Source of the DNA: an uncultured Eubacteriales bacterium
Lineage (GTDB): Bacteria > Bacillota > Clostridia > Christensenellales > CAG-138
Direction of reading: 5' to 3'
Length of the DNA stretch: 63,307 nucleotides
Assembly: GCA_900318765.1 (NCBI GenBank)
Contig: ONLX01000122.1
Coordinates: 1-63,307, forward strand
Shown here: positions 18,103-26,171 of the stretch, in pieces
Layout of the letters: each line of letters opens with the position of its first letter
Numbering within the stretch: position 1 is the first letter of the stretch
Notes under the pieces: model-generated
What the model saw: only the letters and a program-made list of their open reading frames with translations
Told to the model about the DNA's origin: nothing
The model's database searches: none
Made by a program: the position numbers and the translations under genes

Positions 18103-18132
18103 AACACCAAAATGATGACAAAGGAGTCTGTT

Positions 18133-19101
18133 ATGAAACACACCACACGTATCCTCGGTGCCGTTTTGGCGGCAATTCTGGTCCTCGGCTGTATCGGCTG
18201 CAGCGGTTCTGCCGCCACAGAATCAAAAACGACTTATACGGTCGGCATCTGCCAGCTCGTTCAGCATGACGCGCTTGACGCAGCAACCAAGGGGTTCCGC
18301 GATGCACTGACTGAAAAGCTCGGTGACAGCGTTGTATTCGTCGAGCAGAACGCATCGGGCGACTCGGCGACCTGCGCGGTGATCTGCAACCAGTTTGTCG
18401 GCGATGAAGTCGATCTGATCCTCGCCAACGCAACGCCCGCGCTGCAGGCGGCGCAGGCTGCGACGAACAAGATCCCGGTGCTTGGCACGTCCGTTACGGA
18501 TTACGGCGCGGCGCTCGGCCTCGAAAACTTCTCCGGCGCAACCGGTACGAACATCTCCGGTACCTCCGACCGCGTTCCCGAAGAGGAACAGGTAAAGATC
18601 CTCGGCGAACTCTTCCCGGATGTGAAGACCGTCGGCATTCTGTACTGCTCTGCGGAAGCGAATTCGAAAGTGCAGGCGGAAGCCTATCGCGCGGCTGCGG
18701 AAGCGCTCGGCTACACCGTTTCGGATTACACATTTGCGGATTCCAACGATCTTGCGCAGATCACCCGCACCGCGTGTGACGAATGCGATGTGCTCTATGT
18801 TCCGACCGACAATACGGCAGCCTCCAACGCGGAACTGATCAACAATGTTGCTCTGGAAACCAAGACGCCGATTCTTGCCGGCGAAGGCGATATCTGCCGC
18901 GGCTGCGGCGTTGCGACGCTGTCGATTTCCTACTACGACCTCGGCTTCGTAACAGGCAACATGGCGTATGAGATCCTTGTGAACGGCGCGGATGTTTCTG
19001 CAATGCAGGTTGAATACGCTCCGTTTACGCGGCAGTACAACGCGCCGAACTGCGCTGCGCTCGGCATCAACGTTCCTTCGGATTACAAACCGCTCGACTG
19101 A
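18133..19101 (+). CDS. ABC transporter substrate-binding lipoprotein (COG2984 / ABC_sub_bind-type)
   Basis: Start moved to ATG 18133 (MKHTTRILGAVLAAILVLGCIGCSG), with SD AAGGAG. Lipobox LGCIGC. The core YTVGICQLVQHDALDAATKGF...DLILANATPA is typical of this family. Confidence 0.8.
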   Translation: MKHTTRILGAVLAAILVLGCIGCSGSAATESKTTYTVGICQLVQHDALDAATKGFRDALTEKLGDSVVFVEQNASGDSATCAVICNQFVGDEVDLILANATPALQAAQAATNKIPVLGTSVTDYGAALGLENFSGATGTNISGTSDRVPEEEQVKILGELFPDVKTVGILYCSAEANSKVQAEAYRAAAEALGYTVSDYTFADSNDLAQITRTACDECDVLYVPTDNTAASNAELINNVALETKTPILAGEGDICRGCGVATLSISYYDLGFVTGNMAYEILVNGADVSAMQVEYAPFTRQYNAPNCAALGINVPSDYKPLD

Positions 19102-19140
19102 TTGTTTCCCCGGCGAATCTACGGAAGGAGATCGTAGTCT

Positions 19141-20088
19141 ATGGAAGCGTACTTCGCTTCGCTGAGTTTTTTGAAACTGCTGAAGAACATGCCCGGCGGA
19201 ATTGCGCAGGGGCTGATTTGGGGACTCATGGCGCTCGGAATCTACATCAGCTTCCGGCTGTTGGACGTTGCGGATCTGACCGTGGACGGATCGTTCACGA
19301 CCGGCGGGGCATGCGCGGCCATGCTGATTCTTGCAGGATGCCCCGCGTGGGTTGCGCTGCTCGTTGCAATGGCAGTCGGCTGTGTTGCGGGACTTGTGAC
19401 CGGACTGCTGCACACGAAACTCGGGATTCCGGCGATTCTCTCCGGGATCCTGACGCAATACGCGCTCTATTCGGTCAACCTCCACATCATGGGGATGGCA
19501 GCGAACAAAGCGATCAGCGTTGACCGGTACACGCTTGTCCTTTCGCTGCGTCATATCCCGCAGGCGATTCTGATCGGCGGAATCATCGTGTTGGTTGTGA
19601 TTGGACTGATGTACTGGTATTTCGGCACCGAACAAGGCTCTGCGCTCCGCGCCACCGGCAGCAATCCTGCCCTGGCCCGCGCGCTCGGCATCAGCATTGA
19701 CAATATGAAGGTGCTCGGACTCGCGATCTCAAACGGCATTGTCGCTCTCGCAGGCGGGCTCATGGCGCAGTATCAGGGCTTTGCGGATATCAATATGGGC
19801 CGCGGCGCGATCGTTATCGGTCTGGCCGCCGTTATCATCGGCGAAGTCATCGGCAGGGCGCTGCTCGGCAAGCATCTGAACTTCTTCGGCACGCTGTCCT
19901 TTGTTGCGATCGGCGGCGTCATTTACAATCTGGTCATGGTCATCGTGCTTTGGCTGAAGCTCGATTCGAACGACCTGAAGCTCTTTACGGCAATCATCGT
20001 TGCCATTTTCCTTGCCGTTCCGTATTTCAGAGACAAGGCGAAGACTTCGTTCCGCAAGAGTGCGCGGCAGGAGGCCCACCATGCTTGA
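19141..20088 (+). CDS. ABC transporter permease (LivH/BmpD-like fold)
   Basis: 315 aa with multiple TM segments. Lies between the SBP and ATPase genes, and its stop overlaps the ATPase start. Confidence 0.8.
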   Translation: MEAYFASLSFLKLLKNMPGGIAQGLIWGLMALGIYISFRLLDVADLTVDGSFTTGGACAAMLILAGCPAWVALLVAMAVGCVAGLVTGLLHTKLGIPAILSGILTQYALYSVNLHIMGMAANKAISVDRYTLVLSLRHIPQAILIGGIIVLVVIGLMYWYFGTEQGSALRATGSNPALARALGISIDNMKVLGLAISNGIVALAGGLMAQYQGFADINMGRGAIVIGLAAVIIGEVIGRALLGKHLNFFGTLSFVAIGGVIYNLVMVIVLWLKLDSNDLKLFTAIIVAIFLAVPYFRDKAKTSFRKSARQEAHHA

Positions 20089-20881
20089 GATTTTGCATTT
20101 GTACAAAACCTTCAATCCCGGAACGATCAATGAGAAAAAAGCCATTGTGGATCTCTCGCTTCACCTTGCGCCGGGCGACTTTGTCACCGTTATCGGCGGA
20201 AACGGCGCAGGTAAGTCGACTTTACTGAACGCCGTCGCGGGCGTCTGGCCCGTGGACAGCGGACGAATCCTCCTCGATGGGAAGGACGTAACCGCGCTTC
20301 CCGAGCACAAGCGGGCAGCTTACATCGGCCGTGTCTTCCAGGACCCGATCATGGGAACCGCTCCGAATATGCAGATTGAGGAAAACCTCGCGCTCGCGCT
20401 GCGGCGCGGCGAACATCGCGGGCTGCGTTGGGGCGTCACCAAGAAAGAACGGGAAGAATACCGCGAGCGGCTCAAAATCCTCGGTCTCGGGCTTGAAGAT
20501 CGATTGACCGTAAAGGTCGGTCTGCTCTCCGGCGGACAACGCCAAGCGCTGACGCTGCTGATGGCGTCGCTCAAGAAGCCGAAGCTGCTGCTGCTCGACG
20601 AGCACACCGCCGCGCTGGATCCGGTTACCGCTGCGAAAGTTCTGGAGCTGAGCGACCGCATCATTGCCGAAAGCAACCTGACCGCATTGATGATCACGCA
20701 CAACATGACGGATGCAATCACGCACGGCAATCGACTGATCATGATGGACGAAGGACATATCATTCTCGATATCTCCGGTGAGGACAAGCGAAAGCTCACC
20801 AAGCGCGATCTGATGGAGCGATTTGCAGCCGTTGCAGGGTATGCGCTTGAAAACGATCAAACGTTGCTGACAAAAGATTAA
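20081..20881 (+). CDS. ABC transporter ATP-binding protein
   Basis: Start moved to ATG 20081 (MLEILHLYKTF). Walker A GGNGAGKST, signature LSGGQRQ and Walker B LLLLDEHTAALD. Confidence 0.9.
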   Translation: MLEILHLYKTFNPGTINEKKAIVDLSLHLAPGDFVTVIGGNGAGKSTLLNAVAGVWPVDSGRILLDGKDVTALPEHKRAAYIGRVFQDPIMGTAPNMQIEENLALALRRGEHRGLRWGVTKKEREEYRERLKILGLGLEDRLTVKVGLLSGGQRQALTLLMASLKKPKLLLLDEHTAALDPVTAAKVLELSDRIIAESNLTALMITHNMTDAITHGNRLIMMDEGHIILDISGEDKRKLTKRDLMERFAAVAGYALENDQTLLTKD

Positions 20882-20886
20882 GCCGT

Positions 20887-20924
20887 GAAAAGCAGACGCA
20901 AAAAGTGCCTGCTTTTCGTTTCTT
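20887..20924 (+). terminator. probable intrinsic terminator after the ABC operon
   Basis: GAAAAGCAG (20887-20895) pairs with CUGCUUUUC (20909-20917), with 3 more inner base pairs, followed by GUUUCUU. Confidence 0.55.
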
Positions 20925-20941
20925 AAAAAAGAGGATACTAT

Positions 20942-21463
20942 ATGAGCAAATTGGAACTGCAAACGGAGCGATTGGTGCTGACGCCGCTGGGTACGCGCTT
21001 TTTGGAAACGGTCAACGAGTACGCAATGGATCCGGAGAATACAACCTATATGATCCACCTTCCGAACCGAAGTTCGGAGGAAACCTTGGAATTTCTGAAA
21101 GCGGTCGATGCCGAATGGGCCAAAACACCCCCGGGTTTCTATGAATTTGCGCTGCTCTATCAGGACAGACACATCGGCGCGGCGAGTATCTATCCGGAAA
21201 ACGGAACCGCAGAGCTCGGATGGATCGTGAACCGCCGCTACTGGGGAAACGGATTCGCCTTCGAAGCGGCAAGCGCAATCGTCGCGTATTTTTCGTCTCA
21301 CTTTGGGATCACAAAGTTTGTTGCGCATTGTGACGCGGAGAATGTAGCCTCATATAAGACGATGGAAAAGCTCGGCATGCAGCGAATGGGCGTGTTCCCA
21401 GGGCGCAAAAACCGGTCGGCTGTAACAGAATCCTTGGAATATCAATATGAACTCTTCCTGTAA
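20942..21463 (+). CDS. GNAT-family N-acetyltransferase (RimJ/RimL-like)
   Basis: 173 aa. LQTERLVLTPL N-terminus and RRYWGNGFAFEAASAIVAY acetyl-CoA binding motif. Confidence 0.85.
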   Translation: MSKLELQTERLVLTPLGTRFLETVNEYAMDPENTTYMIHLPNRSSEETLEFLKAVDAEWAKTPPGFYEFALLYQDRHIGAASIYPENGTAELGWIVNRRYWGNGFAFEAASAIVAYFSSHFGITKFVAHCDAENVASYKTMEKLGMQRMGVFPGRKNRSAVTESLEYQYELFL

Positions 21464-21474
21464 TGGGAACAACG

Positions 21475-21510
21475 AAAAAGGACAGCGCCATTTGCTGTCC
21501 TTCTCCGTTT
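21475..21510. terminator. bidirectional terminator between GNAT and cotF-like genes
   Basis: AAGGACAGC (21478-21486) pairs with GCUGUCCUU (21494-21502) around a 7-nt loop. An A-tract precedes it and a weak U-tract follows. Confidence 0.6.
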
Positions 21511-21519
21511 CGGAATCGG

Positions 21520-21984
21520 TTATGCGGTCATTCCATGGGAGGCCATGTAGTCGTAGATTTTCTTTCCGTGTTCCTGTTCTTCCTTCTGAATGTGGTTCAG
21601 AACATCGCGCGCCTGCTGACTGACGAATTCGAAGATGCACGTATCGTAGAGCGAGGAAACATGTTTCTCGGTGTCGAGCGCATCGCGGCAAAGGTACTCG
21701 TCCTCTTCACAGGCTTTCGACTGCTTCTTCGATCCGCCGGAACCGGAGGACGAATCCTGCTGCTTTTGGGAGCCGCTCTGGGCATTCATGGCGGGAATCG
21801 TCCCGCTCTGCATCTGTTCGAGCGTTTTCAGATGTTCTTCTTCGGTCGTCTTGATGCTTTCAAACAGCGTGCGAAGCTCCTCATCACACGCGCGGTCCGC
21901 ATAGTCTGTGTACTTATCGATGCAGATCTGTTCGGAGTTCATCATGTCTTGCAAAAGCATTGATTCTTTTTGCGTCCATTGCAT
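21520..21984 (-). CDS. spore coat protein F-like (Coat_F domain)
   Basis: 154 aa. Two ferritin-like half-repeats (LQDMMNSEQICIDKYTDYADRACDEELRTLFESI...; CRDALDTEKHVSSLYDTCIFEFVSQQARDVLNHIQKEEQEHG), as in CotF family proteins. SD GAGGTGA. Confidence 0.75.
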   Translation of the reverse strand: MQWTQKESMLLQDMMNSEQICIDKYTDYADRACDEELRTLFESIKTTEEEHLKTLEQMQSGTIPAMNAQSGSQKQQDSSSGSGGSKKQSKACEEDEYLCRDALDTEKHVSSLYDTCIFEFVSQQARDVLNHIQKEEQEHGKKIYDYMASHGMTA

Positions 21985-22177
21985 TTTTCATCACCTCGCC
22001 GTTAGTATTGCCGGTCCCATCCGCCTCTATTCCGAGGTTTTTCGAAAGATTCTGTCCAAAGTACAGAGAAATTGTCAAAACAGATTTTTCCTGCTCTTGC
22101 GCCGATCTTCGGTTGATGGTATACTCCTATTCAGAGAAGCAGCGCCCGGCGAAGGGCATGCTCCCATCGGAGGATTT

Positions 22178-24892
22178 ATGCGAAACAGATTGTTTGTTCA
22201 AATACTATGCGGCTTGCTGCTGTGCCTGCTGCCGTTCTCCGCACTCGGTGAAGATCTGCAAAACGGCGACGGTGCAGAACAGCCTGCTTTCTCGTCCATA
22301 TCGGACGAGTCCATACAGGAGGCTTCCGATCAAGGCACGCAAGAACCAATTGTCGAAGAAGCGGCCGAAACGTCATCCGAAGTTCCGGAATCCGATTCAG
22401 TGATCGAGCTTGCGCCGATCGACCTTGTCCAAGAAGCCTCGAACGAGGATCTGTTCTATGCATATGTGAACGCCATGTTCCGCAGCGGGAGAACGACAAA
22501 TCTGACGTTCCCGCGGATGAAAAGCCTTCCGGACCCCTCGCAGGTGCTTGCGCCTACGGACTTTGCATTGGAACAGGCGCTGAAGGAGCAGATGGTTCGG
22601 ATTGCTTCCGGAGTACAGACGAGCACGAAGGTGAGCATTCGCCTTGCCGATATCGGGATTTCTTCCTGGTCACAGATAGAAAACTACGAGGCCGTGATTC
22701 GTACGCTGATCCGCGATTGTTCCTATGAGATGTACTGGTTCGGACGTCGGATTCAAAACGGTTCGATCTCCAAAGGCGTTGTGACCCTGCCGTTTTTGGT
22801 TGCAAGCGATTTTGCGAAAAGCGGAGCTTCTTATGAAGTCGATCCTGCGCAGGTGCTCGCCGCAAAGGCTGCTGTAGAGAACGCGAAGCAAATCGTTTCC
22901 GAATACGCATCGCTTCCGGATTATGAAAAATTGCTGGCGTATCGGGATAAGATCTGCTCTCTTGTCTCGTATCACTACGACGCTGCCCGAAACTCGAGCA
23001 GCTATGGGGAGAATCCGTGGCAGCTGATCTATGTGTTCGATAACGATCCCGAAACGAACGTCGTCTGTGAAGGATACGCCAAGGCGTTTGAATATCTCTG
23101 CAACCAATCCGTCTTCCGCAGCCCGCTGATCAATTGCTTCTGTGCCAGCGGCAGCGTCCGGTTCTCCGCCGGCGGTGGCGGCGGTCATATGTGGAACATC
23201 CTCACGATGGATGACGGCCGCAACTATATGATCGATCTGACAAACAGCGACCTCGGCGCAACCGGCTCAAACATCCGGTTCCTCGCGCCGGCGGCATCCG
23301 GTTCGGTTGACGACGGATATACCTTCGAAACCGGCGATTGGTTCCCCTATGACACTGCGACGCGCCTGGCTTGCTCCGACGACTCCTTGACGCTTTCCGA
23401 TACTCCGTATCTGATCTCGATTCAAATGCAAACGTATCCGGACAAAGTGACTTACCATCGCGGGCAAGCGTTTGATCCGGCGGGCGGCAAACTTCTCCTG
23501 ACCTATCACAACGGAACTCCCCAGGCGATCAATCTTCCCGATGAGCGCGTCTCCCTCTCCGGCTATGACAAGATGCAGTGCGGGGAGCAGACGATCCGGG
23601 TTGCCTATGATCACTGTACAACGACCTTCCGAATCACGGTAACGGACGACGTTCCGGCATCGATTGCCGTGACTACGCTTCCGGATCGGACAATTTATCT
23701 GGAAGCAAAGGATGCGTTTGATCCGGCAGGCGGGGAAATCACACTGACCTATGCCGACGGCGAAACCGGAACAATCGATCTTGCCGAAGCAGCGATCACG
23801 GGATTTGACAATACGGCTGTCGGAGAACAGATACTGACCGTTTCCTACGGTGGACAGGCTGCAACTTTTCCGATTACGATACGGGCAAAGACGCTGCTGA
23901 CGCTTTCGATCACGGCGCTTCCGGACCGGTTGGAATACTTCGAGGGGGACGCGTTTGATCCGGCGGGCGGACAGCTTTTCCTGGAATACGACAACGATAC
24001 GACGGAAACAATCGGGTTTGCGGATGCTTCCGTAAGCGGGTATGACAGCGGTGTCATCGGCGAACAGCTCCTGACCGTTTCATACCGCGGAAAGGGCGAA
24101 ACCTTCACCGTTACGGTGCTTCGGAAGAACCGGATCGTCTTCGAAGAAGGCGCGCTTCCGCAAACCGGCACAGTCGAGGTCGACGGCATCCCCTACCCGG
24201 TTACAGACAATCAGGTACTGCTTCCGTACGGACTGGATGCTTCGATCATGACGGAGTATACCTACAATACGGTTTCCGAGAATCCGCACGAGGTCTATCC
24301 GACGGGCATGCGGGTGTGGCGCGTTGATCCGTTTGAGGACATCAAAATCGCGAGCCCGTTGCCGGAGCTGACGAACCTGCTGCAATACTCCGGAAGCTCG
24401 ATTCGCTTCTCGGGCAACAAGGGCATTCGCATGATTACTTCGATTCCGAAGGAGGAACGCACCAGTCTGATTCAAAAGGATCTGGCCGGTTTTACCCTCG
24501 TCGAATACGGAACGGTCGTCGCGTGGGACAGTGAGCTTGCGGGCTCTCCGCTTCTGCTGAACGGCGTCGGCGCGAAGCAGGCTTATGCCTACCGAAAAGG
24601 CGTTGCCGATCCGATTTTCAAGGACACGGGCAAGCTGATTCAATATACGAACGTCCTGGTTGGCCTGACGGATGAAAAATGCGTCCCGGATCTGGCAATG
24701 CGCCCGTATATGATCTTGCAGTTCGGAAAGGAAACGACCGTGCTTTACGGTGGAACCATTCATCGCAGCATCGGCTACATTGCGTATCAGAACCGGAACG
24801 CCTTCCAGCCGAAGACGAGCGCGTATCAATTCCTTTGGGATATCATCCATTATGTCTATGGAGATTCGTTTGATTCGGATTACCGTGGATGA
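22178..24892 (+). CDS. secreted multidomain protein: transglutaminase-like Cys-His-Asp core, 3 Big_3-like Ig repeats and an unknown C-terminal domain
   Basis: Start moved to ATG 22178 (MRNRLFVQILCGLLLCLLPFSALGEDL, a signal peptide), with SD GGAGGA. Putative catalytic context VVCEGYAKAF...GGGGGHMWNIL...YMIDLTNSD. Three repeats of about 75 aa, LPDRxxYxxGDAFDPAGGxLxLxY...GEQxLTVSY. Confidence 0.7.
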   Translation: MRNRLFVQILCGLLLCLLPFSALGEDLQNGDGAEQPAFSSISDESIQEASDQGTQEPIVEEAAETSSEVPESDSVIELAPIDLVQEASNEDLFYAYVNAMFRSGRTTNLTFPRMKSLPDPSQVLAPTDFALEQALKEQMVRIASGVQTSTKVSIRLADIGISSWSQIENYEAVIRTLIRDCSYEMYWFGRRIQNGSISKGVVTLPFLVASDFAKSGASYEVDPAQVLAAKAAVENAKQIVSEYASLPDYEKLLAYRDKICSLVSYHYDAARNSSSYGENPWQLIYVFDNDPETNVVCEGYAKAFEYLCNQSVFRSPLINCFCASGSVRFSAGGGGGHMWNILTMDDGRNYMIDLTNSDLGATGSNIRFLAPAASGSVDDGYTFETGDWFPYDTATRLACSDDSLTLSDTPYLISIQMQTYPDKVTYHRGQAFDPAGGKLLLTYHNGTPQAINLPDERVSLSGYDKMQCGEQTIRVAYDHCTTTFRITVTDDVPASIAVTTLPDRTIYLEAKDAFDPAGGEITLTYADGETGTIDLAEAAITGFDNTAVGEQILTVSYGGQAATFPITIRAKTLLTLSITALPDRLEYFEGDAFDPAGGQLFLEYDNDTTETIGFADASVSGYDSGVIGEQLLTVSYRGKGETFTVTVLRKNRIVFEEGALPQTGTVEVDGIPYPVTDNQVLLPYGLDASIMTEYTYNTVSENPHEVYPTGMRVWRVDPFEDIKIASPLPELTNLLQYSGSSIRFSGNKGIRMITSIPKEERTSLIQKDLAGFTLVEYGTVVAWDSELAGSPLLLNGVGAKQAYAYRKGVADPIFKDTGKLIQYTNVLVGLTDEKCVPDLAMRPYMILQFGKETTVLYGGTIHRSIGYIAYQNRNAFQPKTSAYQFLWDIIHYVYGDSFDSDYRG

Positions 24893-24988
24893 GTGCAAAG
24901 CAGAATACAGAATCCGGCGGATTGTTGCATAGAACAATCCGCTTTTTTGTTTGGTATAGGAGGGGGTGGCTATGGGCATACTGACCGT

Positions 24989-25702
24989 ATGCTGAACCTC
25001 TTTTTACGAACAATTCTTCTGTATCTGTTCCTGCTCCTGATTCTGCGGCTTACCGGAAAACGGCAAGTGGCCGACCTGGAGCCATCGGACCTGATTGTGA
25101 CGCTCGTGATTGCCGATGTCGGTTCCAACGCCATCAGCGATACGAACATTCCGCTTCTGTACAGCGTCGTGCCGATTCTTGCTTTGTATCTTGTACAGCA
25201 GCTGATCGCCAAGGCCTGTTTGAAATCGGATCGGATTCGCGCAATCATCTGCGGAAACCCGCAGTATCTGATCCGGGACGGCGTCATGCAGGAGGAAACG
25301 ATGCGCGGCACAAACTATGCGATTCGCGATCTCATTGAGCATCTAAGGGAAAAGGATGTCTTTGATCTTGCAGAGGTGACCGACGCCATCCTCGAATCAA
25401 ACGGAAGTCTCAGCGTCCGTCTGAAGCCGGAAGAGCTTCCCCCGACGCGGCGGGAACTGAACGTCCGGCCGCCGAAATCGGAGCGCCCGGAATTGCTGAT
25501 CCGAGAAGGCGATCCCTGTCCGGAAGGGATGCGGGAGAGCGGCATTACGGACCATCGGCTGTCCCTGCTGCTGAACAAGGAAGGCTTGCATGCCGAGAAT
25601 GTCTTTTATGCGCAGCGCAGCACGGACGGCACCATTCGGCTGCAAACGTTCCGAAAGGATGGCGCACGGATCCGTACCGTGCGGGAAGGAGGTTCGAAAT
25701 GA
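24989..25702 (+). CDS. DUF421 (YetF-like) membrane protein
   Basis: Start moved to ATG 24989 (MLNLFLRTILLYLFLLLILRLTGKRQVADLEPSDLIVTLVIAD), the typical DUF421 N-terminus. The stop overlaps the next start (ATGA). Confidence 0.85.
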   Translation: MLNLFLRTILLYLFLLLILRLTGKRQVADLEPSDLIVTLVIADVGSNAISDTNIPLLYSVVPILALYLVQQLIAKACLKSDRIRAIICGNPQYLIRDGVMQEETMRGTNYAIRDLIEHLREKDVFDLAEVTDAILESNGSLSVRLKPEELPPTRRELNVRPPKSERPELLIREGDPCPEGMRESGITDHRLSLLLNKEGLHAENVFYAQRSTDGTIRLQTFRKDGARIRTVREGGSK

Positions 25703-26091
25703 CGTTCTTGCGATTTCGAACGGTGTGCACCGTTTTGTTCTGCGCGGGACTGCTTGCACTTTTTTGGATCCCACAGCGGATGCTGATGCAAAGTGCTGAT
25801 GAGTGGAACCGTGCTGCCGAGGAGGCGGCCGATCTGATGCGCGCAGGCGAATATGAGCGCGGCGAACGTGTTTGCAAAGCGCTGTATGAATCCTTCCGGG
25901 ATCGTATGGACGCTTTGGAACGGTTTTTGAATCATGATGCCGTCGATGCGGTACTGACGTCTCTTCGCGAAGCATCCGCCCTTGCAGAGGCAGGCGACGC
26001 AGCCGGAACGCTTTCTGCTTTGGCCTCTGCGCAAGGCGGTATCGATCACCTGGTATGCATCGAACGATTCACCTGGAACGCATTATTATAG
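25699..26091 (+). CDS. DUF4363-like small membrane-anchored protein
   Basis: 130 aa with an N-terminal TM and a helical body. Translationally coupled to the DUF421 gene, a pairing I recall as common in Firmicutes. Confidence 0.55.
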   Translation: MTFLRFRTVCTVLFCAGLLALFWIPQRMLMQSADEWNRAAEEAADLMRAGEYERGERVCKALYESFRDRMDALERFLNHDAVDAVLTSLREASALAEAGDAAGTLSALASAQGGIDHLVCIERFTWNALL

Positions 26092-26111
26092 CCCGGAGAC
26101 AAGCTCCGGGC
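26091..26111. terminator. hairpin after the DUF4363 gene (weak U-tract)
   Basis: GCCCGGAG (26091-26098) pairs with CUCCGGGC (26104-26111). Only a poor U-tract lies on either side. Confidence 0.4.
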
Positions 26112-26171
26112 TCTGTTGAATCGATTATTTGGCGCTGCAGGCTTTGGTCCGTTCGTTTCTCCGACCGCAGC

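Noticed and set aside
21985-22100. Candidate sigma-E/sigma-K promoter (GAATA...17 nt...CAATACTA) upstream of the cotF-like gene.
   Set aside because: The match to the CATA-nnn-TA / CATACA-T consensus is imperfect and I cannot score it without a matrix. It is left out of the feature list.
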